From NCBI GenBank assembly GCA_026770705.1, contig JANJGN010000018.1:40610001-40674000 (forward strand): a stretch of 64,000 nucleotides of DNA, given 5' to 3'. Under the pieces are notes generated by a model. The model searched no databases. It was not told where the DNA came from and saw only the letters and a list, made by a program, of their open reading frames with translations. Below, one piece after another: positions 46,140-60,339 of the stretch. The translations under genes were made by a program, and so were the position numbers. Position 1 is the first letter of the stretch. Every line of letters begins with the position of its first letter. Source of the stretch: Isurus oxyrinchus (Eukaryota).

Positions 46140-46529
46140 TGATAGGCTGGACATTGATTAAAACTTTAGTAGATTTGTTAGTATCTCTGGCAATGAATTC
46201 TCCAGTAACAGTTTTCTCATGCTCAGTGGCCCGGCAATGGTATTTGCCACTGTCCTCCAGTAGAACATGGTAAATTTTTAGCAGGTATGTTGTATCTGTC
46301 TCCTTTGCAAACCTTACATATCCCAGATGATCTCTGGTTGTGTATTCAACCTTGACTGTTGGTACAGCATTACGGCCAATGTTGGCAATTGGTGTGCCAT
46401 TAAAAATCCACAACACAGAGAAATATCGGTCCTGTATATTTTGAGCTTCAATGGTGCATCTTAATTCCATGGTATCTCCAACTGTGAAAACTCTCCTTTC
46501 ATTCTCCAGCTGAACATTGAAGTTCTTAT
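46140..46529 (-). CDS. IGSF3: IGSF3 internal exon, Ig V-set domain 3
   Basis: DKNFNVQLE...MELRCTIEAQNIQDRYFSVLW...EDSGKYHCRATEHEKTVTGEFI; the EAQN..DRYF and EKTVTGEFI motifs are characteristic of IGSF3. ttatag acceptor, gtaagt donor; 390 nt, phase 1-1. Confidence 0.93.
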
Positions 46530-46754
46530 CTATAACGGAACATAGACATGCAGATAAAATTAGAGCATGGGAATCCAGCAGTGAAGAATTATAATCAAAA
46601 GCTTGTTCTTCAAGTCCTGGGACTGTGAGTTTGTTACCCATATCTGCTGACTGCAGTTTGTCCTTCCAAGCTTCAAAGCTTCTCTGCCTCTCCTAAAAAT
46701 TCTGACTCTTGCTGGGATATTTCACCGGCTTTCCAATATAGTATTATCATTATG

Positions 46755-47195
46755 GAACAGAAGAGTCCATATCGGCTCTCTGGCAGAGCAATCCCTCACT
46801 CCCTTCCCCCTTTGGTTCTGCAAGTTTATTTTGCTCAAGTGCCTACCCAATTTCTTTTTGAAATCATTGATCGTCTCTGCTTCCACCACCCTCATGGGCA
46901 GCAAGACCCATGTAATTAGCACGATAATTAGCTGTATAAAAGTTCTTCCTCACGTACCCCCTGTATCTCTTGCCCAAAACCTTAAATCTGTATCCTCTCA
47001 TCCTTGTACCATCAGCTAATGAGAACAGCTTTTTGTTGTCTTTCTTATCCAAACCTATCATAATTTTGTACGCCTCTCTCAAATATCCCCTCAAGCTTTT
47101 CCCCCCCAAGGAGAACAATCCCAGCTTCTCCAACCTGACCTTGTAGCTAAAATCCTGGGAGCCATTCAGGTGAACCTCTTCTGGACCCTCACAGG
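46755..47195 (-). mobile_element. CR1-clade LINE 3' end
   Basis: SYKVRLEKLGLFSL...LRGYLREAYKIM.GLD...LFSL..GTR.RGYRFKV on the minus strand. Confidence 0.78.
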
Positions 47196-49148
47196 GAATA
47201 TATTTCAATTAATGACTGCTAAAGCAGTGTCACTAGGAAAAATGGACATGGCTGATGAAACCAAAGGTTGAGGGGAGATTTGAGAGAGGAGTACAAGATT
47301 ATGATAGGTTTGGATAAGATGCAGCCAACAGAACATAGGCACAAAATATTTTTTTTTAAAAATACAGCACTGAGTGCTCCAGGGAAATCACTGTGGGGGG
47401 CTGCCTATCCTGCAAAGGCCCCCCATTTTGCTTTAAAAAAGCAATAACGCAATGCAACTGCGCCCCCCCCCCCCCCACTCCTTCTTCTCAAGCTGCTGCT
47501 GGGAAGCCACATCCATTTAGCCCCTTCACGCGGCAGGGAGTCAATTCTTCAATCGGTAAGATGCTGACAGCCGAATTAAGTGGCCCCTAATTGGGCTTTT
47601 ATTTATGGAACAACTCTGGTCCGGCCATTGGTAAAATTCCCTGATGGCGGGACAAAGGCCGGGAAGCTGATCTGACATGGCTCCTTGCGATTTTATCACC
47701 AACCCCCTCCCCCTACCTTCAACCCTGCCTCCAGGGGCCCAGTAAAATTCAGCCCAAAGTTTTAATGAAAGGTCATTGACCTGAAACGTTAACTCTGTTT
47801 CCCTCTCCACTGGTGCTGTCTGACCAGCTGTTTTCTGTTTCAGACTTGAAGACTAGCATTTTGCTATTGATACTTCTCAATGGGCTTCTTGATTCTGTCC
47901 TCACATGCATACCAACCAGCCAGTGTCACTGAAACAGCAATGAGGAATAGGAGCCCTCCCCAGAGTGAGGATTTTTTCATTTTCCCTGACCTGCTAAATG
48001 AACTGACACTCAATAGTGGAGTACATCAGTTGTGTACAGCTAAAAGTGATTACCAAATAGGCAAGAGTGCTACCATCTAAACCAAGCATCAGTTTCAGTA
48101 CCACGATTCGATCTCCAATATTTCCTCCCCAGCCCCTTACTTAGCCTCTGCTTGACATCAACGGCCAACATGGCTTGACTTTCAGAACGCCCAATGATCA
48201 GGAGATAACCACCCTTTGCTCCTCTGAAACCCTAACTATGACCCTTTAAGTGTTGCCTTTTGCACAACTTTTTATATGTCAACAACACATTGGGCAGGAT
48301 TTTTTGGATGATGGGGTTTCTTGTCCTGCCAGCTGAAGTGTCCATAAAGACTGGCTTCCCGCAGCCATTTAACATTCAGTGGGGCATTAATTGGCTAAGG
48401 TCAAAACACCTGGGGAGGGAGTCCCACCTTAGAGAGTAGTCCCTCTGTAGTCCCAGCAGTGCTGGGTTCAAGCAATGGCCACTGCTGGGACTACAGCCAG
48501 TGAAGAAGAGGAGCTAATGGAGCCAGATTGAAGATAGGTCCGGCAAATCGGCGAGGCCTGGCTAAGAGGCCTCAGCTAGAGAAGTCAGTGGGTTGCGGGC
48601 TGAGTTTGACAATCCGAGGCAGGGGGTAAGAGTGTAAGGGAGGGGTAGTCTTTGAAAGGCACAGAGGACCCCAAAAGGAGGTACCAGTCCCCACTTAACT
48701 AACACCAACCCATGTAGCTAAAGCTGTCACTTAAGGTCCTCAAAGGGGGAGGTGGTTGCATAAGGGGAGGTAGTTGCATTGTCACTAGACTAGTATTCCA
48801 GAGACCCTGGGTAATGCTCTGAGGACCCGGGTTCAAATCCCACCATAGCAGATAGAAATTTGAATTCAATAAAAATCTGTTAAAAATTGTCTTATGATGA
48901 CCATGAAATCATTGCCGATTGTTGTAAAAACCCACAGGAAATCTGCATGTGACTCACAGGAAATACCTCTGAACAAGGGCAATTAGGGATGAGCAATGCC
49001 CACATCCCATGAACTCGTCAGGCCACCTGACACCTCCATTGCCCTCTGTGAAAAGGCAGGTTACATGCTGCTGGAGAAGGATAAAATTCTGCCCATTATT
49101 CTCTGTTTGTTCATGTAATGGCTATATGGCTATAAATGAACTACTTAC

Positions 49149-49556
49149 CAGTAGCTTTTATATTCACAATTGTTTTGACAGTGCGTTTGGTAGCTATGGT
49201 GTACCAAGACCTGTCTGGGTCTTGGATCCACTCTCTCGCCTCACAGTAGAACTCTCCCTGATCAAATGCTTGTAATTTGTAGATGGTGAGTTTGAATGAA
49301 GTCACTCCAATCTTATCCAGTCGTACATCTCCTGATGCCTGTCTCTGCTTATATGACTCTCCAGAACGTAGGATGAAATCTCGTGTTAGAGAGATGACCT
49401 TGAGATTCTGATCTCCCTTCTGTAGATACCATGCGACAGCCACATGAGTGTGCTGCGATGTTTGTTTGGATACTTCACAGATCAGTTCCAAGGAGTCACC
49501 TTCTACTTTATTCAGGGTCTGTGATACTGATACTGCACTGAGCGTGTCTGGAATGA
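49149..49556 (-). CDS. IGSF3: IGSF3 internal exon, Ig V-set domain 2
   Basis: Translates VIPDTLS...LELICEV...VAWY...DQGEFYCEAREWIQDPDRSWY (EWI motif), resembling vertebrate IGSF3 Ig2 as recalled. Acceptor tctctcttacag, donor gtaagt; 408 nt, phase 1-1. Confidence 0.92.
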
Positions 49557-51829
49557 CTGTAAGAGAGAGAGTCAAAAATGACCAATGGGGTGTAGATATC
49601 TCAAATAAATATTGAAAAGAGTTAAGTTCATGCAGGAGTCATTGAGAGTTTGACTCACAATAATTTGAGAAATTGGGTAAAGTTCACTAATTTCTTGGAT
49701 GGGAAATGCTGGTACCCTTTGCAGGCTTTGGTGAAAAAAGCAGGAACTACCTCTCTCACAACTCTGAAACCTAATTCTGAACCCCCTTTGCCTGATTTTT
49801 ACCTTTGGCATGATTTCATGCTGGCTGGCTAATTAATGGGCAGCCAAGGTGAAACGCGTGCCGAAAAGCTCAGCACTGCCGGGGTGCAGGCAGGAAGAGG
49901 GCGGGCGATGACATCAATGTGGGCGTGAGTGCATGGTGTGAGAAAGCTCCCTAAAGGCAGACAGCTGTCTCATGGAGCTGCAGACCTGAAAAAGCTAAAA
50001 TAAAGGTTTAAAAAGCTGTAAAAAAAAAAATTGTCCATGCATCACAATCAATCACCTGAAAATATAACTGATAAAAGATGCTGACCACAGATATTTATTT
50101 TTATTTTATTTCATAATGGAAATTTCATCCCGCCCTTGGATGAGGTTTGATGAAAAATGCAAAGGCCGCCTCTAGCCAATTCGCCTGTCCACCAACCATA
50201 AGGTTGGGCGAGCCACAAAAAAAATCAGAGACAATTGCACCATTAATGGGCTTAATTGCCCTCTTAATTCTCAGTGGGCGAGCTTCTGACTTTTGCGCGT
50301 GCCAGCCGAGCGAAATATCGCACAAGTGTGCGATGACATCAGGATGTTCACCTGACATCTTCTCGCACGATTTTACTCCTGATCGGGTCAGGCATACACC
50401 TGCCCACGGGACGTAAAATTCAGTCCCTGGAGTCTGGTAATAGGGCACCATCGATCCTCACCATGGAAGTGCTCACATGTTAATACTGCCCTTTAGGGTT
50501 AAAGAAATGTTGCAGCTAGATATGAATGGCGAGTGAGAAAAATATATGGAAGCTAGGGAAGAGATGGAGGTTTGCATTATTCATGAGTGGGGAAAAAAAA
50601 ATCAACTAATGGATGTTTTAGCAGGTTCTTATTCTTTCAATTTTTAAGAATTACATCATCGATTTAACACATGAATGCACTGGTCTGAAACTTCATCAGT
50701 AAACATAAATATATTTTCTAAAATTAGAAAGGAGAATTTCAGGCAAACACATTAAGCATTCGTGCATATATATCCCAAGCTGTAATTCCAATACACAAGT
50801 CTAAAAAAAACAAGCATTAACTTCCATCTGCCCACAGCAGCTTTTCAGAACATTTTGTTATCTAATGTTTATGAGTTATGGATCACTGAGGCCTAGCAGG
50901 ATTCTCAAAACACCAAGTCCTAGGCCTCACTCAGACGCTTTCCTGATGGGAAGGGCATTAGTTTCAGTGATATCATTCTAAGTGTTCTGATGCCCTCCAG
51001 TGCTGACCCTACTGGAGTTTACAAAACTTGACTGAAGACATCTAAAGTCACTGAAGGCATAGCTTTGTTACCTGCTTCTTCCATGCAGCTGGAAAATCAG
51101 GTTCCTTCTCACCACAGGGGAGGGGGTGCAGTGGCTCAGCAGCTTTCTCCACCCCCTCCCGCCATTGCCCCAGACTCAATAATACTCCACTTGACTTCTT
51201 GACCCCTTGTTTAATTTATTAAAAAAAGCACCTTAGCTTCAGAGATCCAGGTTTTTGTACTCGCGTGGTTGCTCGGCCCCCAATTGGCAGTACACTTGTG
51301 CCATCTGGGATTCAGCGTAACTCACCTCACTCAGTGCACTGTCTGTTAGGAATTCACATGGTTCCTGCTGAGCCAGGAAAGTGGGATTTCCTAGCAAAGG
51401 GACTGACATTAGTCTCGTAAGGAACAGGCAGAAATCCTGCCCCTAAGGTCAAGTGGGAAATCCCAAAATTATCAAAGCCTAGCATAACTGAGGGACACTG
51501 CTGTGATATACTGACATTACCCATCCCTGAAGAAATTTGGGGCCATTATCTCCATCTGTAGCAAATACATTTGATTGTTTTTAATTGTCATGAAATTCTA
51601 GGATAGATATATGAGAAAACTCAAGATCTTAGGATTCCATTATTGTCACCTGCATTATTTCATTTATTACTACTAACATGTTGTAAGAAATATTGCATTT
51701 AAGGCAAAAGGCTTCAGTTGTGTTATATTTTTTTTTGCTTGATACTAAATTCACAACCTCAAATTGTTGTAACAACTAACACCATCAGTAATTTGTAATT
51801 ATAAATTCTTTACCCTATACAGCGTAGAT

Positions 51830-53450
51830 TTTTTTATTCATGGGATGTGGGTATCACTGGCTAGGTCAGCATTTATTGCCCATGCATAATTAGCATTGAG
51901 AATGTGGTAGTGAGCTGCCTTCATGAACTGCTGCAGTCCATGTGGTGTAGGTACACTCAGAGTACTGCTGGGGAGTTGCAGGGTTTTGACCCAAAGACAG
52001 GGAAGGAACGGCGATACAGTTCCAAGTCAGGATGGTGTGTGGCTTGGAGGGGAACTTGCAGATGGTGGTGTTCCCATACATCTGCTGCCCTTGCCCTTCT
52101 AGAATGTAGAGGTCACGGGTTTGCAAGGTGCTGTCAAAGGAGCCTTGGAGAGTTGCTGGAGCATCTTGTAGATGGTACACACTGCTGCTACTGTGCGCCA
52201 GTGGAGGGAGTGAATGTTTGTGGATGTGGTGCCAATCAAGCCGGCTGCTTTGTCCTGGATGGTGTGGAGCTTCTTGAGTGTTGATGGAGCTGCACTCATC
52301 CAGGCTAGTGGAAAGCATTCTGTCACACTCCTGACTTGTGGCTTGTGGATGGCAGACAGGCTTTGGGGAGTCAGGAGATGAGTTACTCCCTGCAGAATTC
52401 CCAGCCTCTGACCTACTCTTGTAGCCACAGTATTTATATGGCTAGTCCAGTTCAGTTTCTGGTCAATGGTAACCCCCAGGATATTGATATTGGGGGATTC
52501 AACAATGCTAATGCCATTGAATGTCAGGGAGCAATGGTTAGATTCTGTCTTTCTGGAGATGGGCATTGCCTGGCACTCATGTGGTGGAATGTTACTTGCC
52601 ACATCAGCCTAAGCCTGGATATTGTCTAGGTCTTGCTGCATTTGAACACGGACTGCTTCAGTATCTGAGGAGTCATGAACGGTGCTGGACATTGTTAAAT
52701 CATCAGTGAACATTCCCAATTCTGGCCTGATGATGGAAGGAAGGTCATTGATGAAGCAGCTGAAGATGGCTGCGTCTAGGACACTACCTTGAGGAACTCC
52801 TGCAGCGATGTCCTGGGACTGAGATGATTGACCTCCAACAACCACAACCAGCTTCCTTTGTGCTGGGTACGAATCCAACAAGTGGAGAGTTTTCCTTCAA
52901 TTCCCTTTGACTTCAGTTTTGCTAGAGCTCCTTGATGCTGCACTTGGTAAAATGCTGTCCTGATATCAAGGGCAGTCACTCTCACCTCACCTCTTGAGTT
53001 CGGTGTTTGGATCAAAGCTGTAATGAGGTCTGGAGCTGAGTGGCCCTGGTAGAATCCAAACTGAGCGTCAGTGAGCAGGTTATTGCGAGTGCGTGCCACT
53101 TGATAGCATGTCAACAACACCTTCCATCACTTTGCTGATGATTGAGAATAGACTGATGGGGCAGTTATTAGCCAGGTTGGATTTGTCCTACTTTTTATGT
53201 ACAGGACATACTTGTGCAATTTTCTACTTAGTTCTGTTGAAGGGTCATAAGGACTCGAAATGCCAACTTTGTTCTTCTCCGCCGATGCTACCAGACCTGC
53301 TGAGTTTTTCCAGGTATTTCTGTTTTTGTTTTGAATTTTCCACATTGCCAGGCAGATGGCAGTGTTGTAGCTGTATTGGGACAGCTTGGCTAGAGGTGTG
53401 GCTGGTTCTGGAGCACAAGTCTTCAATGCTATTGCTGGAATGTTGTCAGG
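51830..53450 (-). mobile_element. CR1-clade LINE remnant with an HE1-SINE-like 3' end
   Basis: GPDNIPAIALKTCAPE, LLTDAQFGF, GVPQGSVL...FINDLPS, ILGVTIDQKLNW. The 3' end is shared with the elements at 30680-30850 and 37460-37600. Confidence 0.85.
53228..53333 (+). mobile_element. Solo PLE pLTR inserted in a CR1 remnant
   Basis: agttctgttgaagggtcataaggactcgaaat...ctgtttttgttttg. TSD aattttc(t/c)ac at 53218-53227 and 53334-53343. Confidence 0.82.
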
Positions 53451-53886
53451 GCCCAAAATGGTCTCCCTATACACAATTCAAGACATAAAGCTTGAAATGT
53501 GTTATGCCCTGTTCTACAGGTGGACGTGCAGAGGGCAGGACTTCTAGCTGCTGGTACCACAGGAGGTTGAGCTTGTCAATGTCCTGACGTCAATTCATTT
53601 AAGTAATTGAGTTGGAAAAGGGTGCGAATCTTGTCCAAAACAGGGCAGTAACCAGAGGTCTTGAAAATGCAGGGTTGGGGGTGGAGGCCATTGTGGGTAG
53701 GTGCAGGGAAGCTGAAGGAAGGTCCGGAGCAGATCCAGAATGGGATTTTAAAGCTTGCATATTGTTAAAAGGGCTGAGGTTTAAGGAGGGGAGGAGAAAA
53801 TGGCAGCTGACAAAAGAGAATGAGAGTTTCAAACTTTGCAGACTACAATGTGGAAGTGGTCCTTACTGAAATGAGTCAGAAAAGGG

Positions 53887-54504
53887 TGTGTGCCAACCTC
53901 TACTGGAAGAAGAATTCATGAATGTTAAATAGCAGCAGCATCCTTTGATATTTATCTCATTTGACTGTCAATCTGTAGTGAAATAGAAGGATGTAATATT
54001 GGAGATGAGCTTCAAAGGGCTAGCAAGAATTGCAAGATGTGAGGGAATGTTAAACAGAAGTCTTGCCTTGTCATGAGGAAGGAGGTAGAAAGACAAGTAA
54101 CAGCACCTTCAAAATGTCAAGGACCTCCATCCCCAAAAACGTGGAAGAAATTTAACAAACTCACCAGGGCAGCAAGGAAATGTGACCAACCAATTAAGTA
54201 TCCTGCCAACTTGCCGATACCCTTGGAGAAAATTCAACATTGTCTGTGCTCAATGTTGAGGTTCAGCATCATTGGGATTACAAATAACACATATTGTTTC
54301 ATGTATGAGTCAGCTTGTCTGTCATGAACCCTTCTGTTTAACATTCCCTCACATCTTGCAATTCTTGCTAGCCCTTTGAAGCTCATCTCCAATATTACAT
54401 CCTTCTATTTCACTACAGACTGACAGTCAAATGAGATAAACATCAAAGGATGCTGCTGCTATTTAACATTCATGAATTCTTCTTCCAGCAGAGGTTGGCA
54501 CACA
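53887..54504. repeat. 174-bp near-perfect inverted repeat (53887-54060 / 54331-54504), 270-bp spacer
   Basis: Manual alignment shows three mismatches and no indels. Confidence 0.92.
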
Positions 54505-57500
54505 ATGTCAAAAAAGCAGCAGGCCACAGGTGGAAGCCACTTATGCGCCAAGCAATTGACCCAGTTAGAGGAAGATACCAAGCCTATCCAAGGAGTAAAC
54601 TCCTTTTGAGCTAGAAAACCTGGAGCCTTGAGCTCAAAATCAGCTTGTGATGCAGAATTGTTAACTTGGAAGCTGTAGTTATGGAAACAGAGACATGCCT
54701 GAGAGAATTTATGACTAAAAGACAATAAGGATAGCGATGAATGGGAGCAGAAAGCTGGTAGAAGTCTTTCTTTTGTTTCTTCGGAATCATGAAGCTCAGA
54801 GCCAACAAGTGAGGCAGTGGAGTATGGAGTTCCGGGTCCTTCCAAGGCTGGCAGTGGCCCTTAGACTCTCACCCATCCCACCAGTTTCACTCTCACCAGC
54901 CCAGATAAAGCGGCAACGTAGTATAGGTGGCAAAGTGTCGCTTGGTTAGTCACAGAGCACAAGGAATCCAGAAGTTCAATTTTTGGCAGTAGGACTTGAT
55001 ATTACTGAGTGGAGGGCAAGGTAATGTCACTGCTAAGGAAACAGCTGATGATATCAAGATGTCCTGCCATGAGAAGAGAATATCAGACACATTTGGACAG
55101 CTTCTCAGACATGCAATTGTTGACTAGCCTGGTAATTAAGCCTAATGGATTCCCATACAGCCCCATCTGAGAGGGCTTTACTTCAATACAGTGCCTGCTG
55201 GAGAGAATGGCAGCAACAGCAACATTTACACCTTTTACCCCAAATTATATGGCATCCGGGTCAGTCAATGTCTTCAAGTGGGAGGATTAATTACAGGCCT
55301 TCAGACTTCCAGACTGAATGGAGATAACAATGACTGACGGATTCTGAATCCAAACCAGCATCACAGAGGGCTGACAGGGTAACCATTACGGTCGCTCTAA
55401 GAATTTGATCAGGTCAGTTTTTCCTCAGGTCAAGGGGCTGTTCTTGGTTCAGGTGGGAGAACTGTAGATTACACTGATTGGGAGCTTACCTTCAGGACAG
55501 GATCAATACCAAGACCACCAGAAACCCATCTCAGAATTCTTCATAAGTGGAGTGGTCCTAGCAGAGCCAGCCTCTGGCTAAGCTGATGTTTAATATGTAG
55601 CCCACTGCAGTCTATTTCAGACCTTAGCATTTATGAGTTAAAGGCCACCTTCATCCCACAAGGTTCATGATCTGAGGTGCCATCCACATGCAAGGCCAAT
55701 ATTCTTCAGGTTGCACTTAAATATAATGTTAGAAATAAGTCTTCAAAAAAAATGGGACATTGACCAGAGGCTTGTACAGTGAAGCCATTATAAAAAACAC
55801 AGTAAATAGCTTATTTTGTTTGGGGCATGATTCAGGCTGTTGTTTTGAGTTAAGGAAAATAGTAAACATGATGTCATACTTTGCAGTTACTAATTTTAGG
55901 GCTTTCTGCACTTCACTTCAAAGATAACTCCCATGTTCAAAGAGTTTTGAATAAGATTAAATAAAGGCTGCTTGAGCAGCACAAAGATTCTCTTTGTATG
56001 CGTGTGTTGACAAGCAGCACTTTGATACTTCAGTGAATGAGTCTTGAGTAAACCAGTCACATCTCTCCAGTTGTGTTGGTTGTTGGTTCATCTGCTTTCT
56101 CTTATGCCTGATATTCACTCTCCACGGGGTCACCATCTGCATCACAATTTTCCTCCGGCATGACAAATTGGATGTTCTTCTGAGTTGCAAAACGTTGCAA
56201 GACGCAACAGGCTATAAAAATCTGTAATAACACATGAGGAGCATACTGAAGGGACTCTTATGAGCTATCCAGGCAATCACACCTTCCTTTGGGTATTCCT
56301 TTGTCTGTACAATGGGAATTCTTATACTCATGTGAGCTTCACTATGTTTCTCCTCTGCTGCATTGGGGCTCCTCAGAAGTGGCATCATGAAGCATGGAAT
56401 GAATGGGCAGAATGTATCTCCAAGGAATCATCCTATTAAAAATACTGCCTTCACAGAGTGAATTGGAGCTGTTATTCTATTCAGAACAAAGTCTGAAGTC
56501 ATAATAATAGAGTACAACAAGGTGTGAAGGAAGTGAAGCAGCTGTACATAAGAAGGTATCTGAAATGAAAGATATTTAGTTACATGAAATGAAATGGTCC
56601 ATTTTAGATTCTGTCTAATGACTGTTACCCCCATTTATTTGTCTGTTCCCCCAGAAATGCTACAAAATCTTGCATTAAACAAAACAATGTTCAGTGAATT
56701 AAAAAGAACAGATTACCTAATTCTCAAAATTAATGATCACTAAACCTTTAATACATATTCAATATACAACATAATACCTTTGTCCACAAATAACACCTCA
56801 GAAATGCATTAAATACTACCAAACAAATGAGACTATATAAATAATTGAGAGTATATTCAATTGCTGATGATAATCCTGAGGCAGGACTACAGTAAAAACA
56901 CTACAGTTGAGCACTAAGCTAGTTGTGTACATCCTGAAACTTTTTCTGCTTTTCTCTAACCGAGAAATCACTGTTGTAGAAAGCCATGCATATCTGACAG
57001 TGATCTTGGTGACATACTTTAACCACAAGCATAGCTGAGTAATTTGCTAAAGAAAAATATAAATGAACCAAATGTCAAATCAAGCCTGTTTTCCAAATTT
57101 TGATGCTGCACGGTTCATTGTATGGGGTTTAACAGCTGTGGGATATTTCCATGTAACAGACGTTTCAGCCTGAATTTTCCGGTTGGGCCTGAACCCAACT
57201 GGAAGGAGAGTTGGTTGAGATTCCAACTGACTAAGGGTGATGAGAGCTGACACTGCTATAGCTTCTCACAGGCAATGGTGGCAGATTGGAAAAGCAATGA
57301 ACAGCAACTCCATAACATGCTAATCAACCAAGCGTTTCCTGAAGTTTAATAGCCTTAGGACATTGGCCAAATAAGAGAAGGCACTAACACCTTCTAAGAA
57401 TCTATTGTAATAAGCATGCCTATCACTAACAAGGATTTCTCCAGCTCACTGTATTAAGTGTTTTCATAACTCAATGTCCATGATGTTAAACAGTAGATGA

Positions 57501-59169
57501 CAGCCTCAGGCATAACCCACAAGTGCTCTTTTACTCAATATTTACATACATGAACCCTGCAAAAGCCTTGGATGGTATGCAATTGCTCCTGTGTACCTAT
57601 CTTCAAATTACAACACCTGTGTTTTACTGCATGTTATAGCAATAAAGAAGAATTGCAACCTTTTACATTCTTTTTCAAGATACAGACAGCACATAATGCT
57701 ACAGCTAGCTGCAACAGATGGCAATCCACAACCACACTATCATATCTGATGTGCGCAAAGTACAACAATTCCTTACAAGGGAGCCCATATTGGTTTTCAG
57801 AGGCTGGGAATTAAGAGGGGATGTAACAGCTGCTGTAGGTGCATGATAAAAACCTGTGTTTCTTCATTCTCATCCTATTGTGACCCACCTTAACTGTCAG
57901 CAAACTACATCATGAGAACCTCAGGCGATTCCTCCTATAATACATATGAACACTGTTCATGACGAAGCCTCATTATTTATTTTCTACTTCCTAATGTTGC
58001 TGAGAAAGAGCATGCACATTCCAACACATATGGCTTGGCAGCACTTCTGAGCATGCACTATTTTAATCTATCCATCAGAGCTCAGACAGGGTTACACCAA
58101 GGGAGTTACAGTGTACTGAGAGACAGAAAGGACGTAACTGAACAGGAGCAGCAGCTGGCGGCACTAGGAAGACAACATTGCTAGAAGGAAGGTCATGGTT
58201 GCATTGCCTCTTCATCGAAGTGATTTCATGAGTCTAGCTGTTAAAAACACATTGTGCAAGTGACTGGGTTTTGAATAAGTTACAATCAGGTCCTTTATTT
58301 CCAAAGTTTCAAACATTGGTGCCATGCCAGACAGGGTGCTGCAGGTGGAGTCCACTTAACAGCACATATGGAACCACACCAAAACCTTGCAGGTACTGTT
58401 AGAACATATGGCTTTCCTAGGAGTAGTAACCCAGGGGTGCTTTAAGCTTCTTACTTCTGCTCTAATAAAGATCAGCTAACAGCTAAAGCCTGGCCTGTGT
58501 GGCACAGCTACTGACTGAACAAACATACAAAATATCACCAAGAGGACCATTTGCTTATTTTAAACATAAATGGTAAGTCATCTGCCAAGACCCTGTATGC
58601 CTTTCAAGCTGTGGTCATTGGTTAGCATCCAGGAGAGCTAGAAACAGACAGTCGCTCCATTTCAGTCTGGATCAGATTCAGTTTTAGGGCTGGATTTTGG
58701 CTAACCAGTCGGATAGCTCAATTCAAGGCCCTCCTCAGTAAAAAGTGCACCAACTTGTGAGATTTTTGTTTCACAGAGGGCAGGGGCAGAATGAAGTCAG
58801 GCCTGCTGATCCTGGAAGCAGATGTTGGGGGTCCACGTGGGCGGGCAAGTACCGAAGTGGGCTGGTTAGAAGGACTGCCTCAGTTCTTTGGGATTTGATT
58901 CTAGTTATTTTAGAAGATATTAGGCTCTTACAGCCCCACCCACTCCCCCATGGCTCCTCATACCCACATGCCAACTTACCCAATATCCACCTTGGATAGA
59001 CCTCAGGACTCTTGTGGAGATGAAGAAAATTAAACTTCTAAAAATCTAATACAGCTCCCACTATACAGACTTGATAGTGAAAAAAAACTCCCATTCATAA
59101 AGCTTTGAAACCTCAAGTGGTTAATCTCTTATCAAACCAAACAAACCTCTATTCAATATTAAAATAATA

Positions 59170-59305
59170 TAAAGGTAAAATACTGCGGACGCTGGAAATT
59201 TGAAATGAAAACAGAAAATACTGGAAAAGCTCAGCAAGACTGGCAGCATTTGTGGAGAGAGAAACAGAGTTAATGTTTTAAATCTGTATGACTCTTCTTC
59301 AGAGC
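59170..59305 (-). mobile_element. Solo PLE pLTR remnant (older subfamily)
   Basis: aaaatactgcggacgctggaaat...ctcagcaagactggcagcatttgtggagagag...gactcttcttcag, the reverse complement of the pLTR motif. Further decayed copies at ~31310-31405 (-), ~33750-33840 (+) and ~47760-47870 (+). Confidence 0.7.
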
Positions 59306-60339
59306 CCTAATTCTTTAATACCCTCTTTAAGCTGTCAATCAAACGGAGCTCAGAACATTCTGCTGAGATAACTAGAAATTTTGAAACTCAGTCAAGCATT
59401 CATAATGAATAGCCATGAGGGAAATAACAAAGATCCCTATTTAAATTGTTCAAACAGATGTTACACCAGTTGGCCTGTCATTCAAATCTGTCCAACAGAG
59501 GTTTTTTTTAAACAATCACTGACAGCTCCAGCCAGTTTTTCTTTTACAGTTTAAAGAGTAGGGAATTTAAAAAGCTTCAGATCATGACAGTGAAATAGAC
59601 TTTACCCATCTGTCAAGAGCATTATACGTCCACTCATAAATTCATGACTCCCACACCGCAGGTTCAGGCCCTTGCAAGAGCCAAAACTAGGTCTATTTGA
59701 ACTCAGCACTAAGTTCAAATGGTCCTGCTGAGTTCATGTTTCCCTCATGTATGAAACATGCCCTACTGACAAAAATGGGATCTACTGGAAATGGGGGTGG
59801 AACTTCTGTATCCAGGTCCCACCACCAACTTTAAAGGTCCACAAAGTCTTTCTGACTCTGAAAATCCAGCCCTTTACATCCCACTCAGGAGTGCCTTAGT
59901 CCTCACTATTAACATAACACCTGAAGTGAAAGTACAAGTCATTCATTTTCAATAATTCTTAAAGCTTAATGTAATAGGATGAAAGATGGCTTAAATAAAT
60001 TTTGAATATTTTTAAATGTGTTTAACTTTATAGTAACATTTCTTCTGTTTGTTGAGTGCATTGCATCTGCTTGTTCACCAACGTTCCAACGTTCCTAACA
60101 ATTTTCTTCTTACTTGGGTAAGCTCTATTATTCTGCAGATGCAGTATTTATCACTCCAAAAAATAGAAAACTATATTTGAAATGAAGGGTAAGGAAATGC
60201 CAAAAGAAAAGCAAAAGATGAAAATATAAAAAGCAATTAAAATTTTCAATGAAAATTTAGAAAAAAATGAAAATGTGTTGTCAGCCAACATCGGATTGTT
60301 TTGATGACGTTATTCAGCACTTTCTTTAATTCTTTGTTC

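Noticed and set aside
1395-53333. Recurring aaaactcagcaggtctggcagcatcgg motif as a CRISPR repeat or host ncRNA gene family
   Set aside because: It is dispersed, not regularly spaced, identical to the PLE pLTR and bounded by TSDs.
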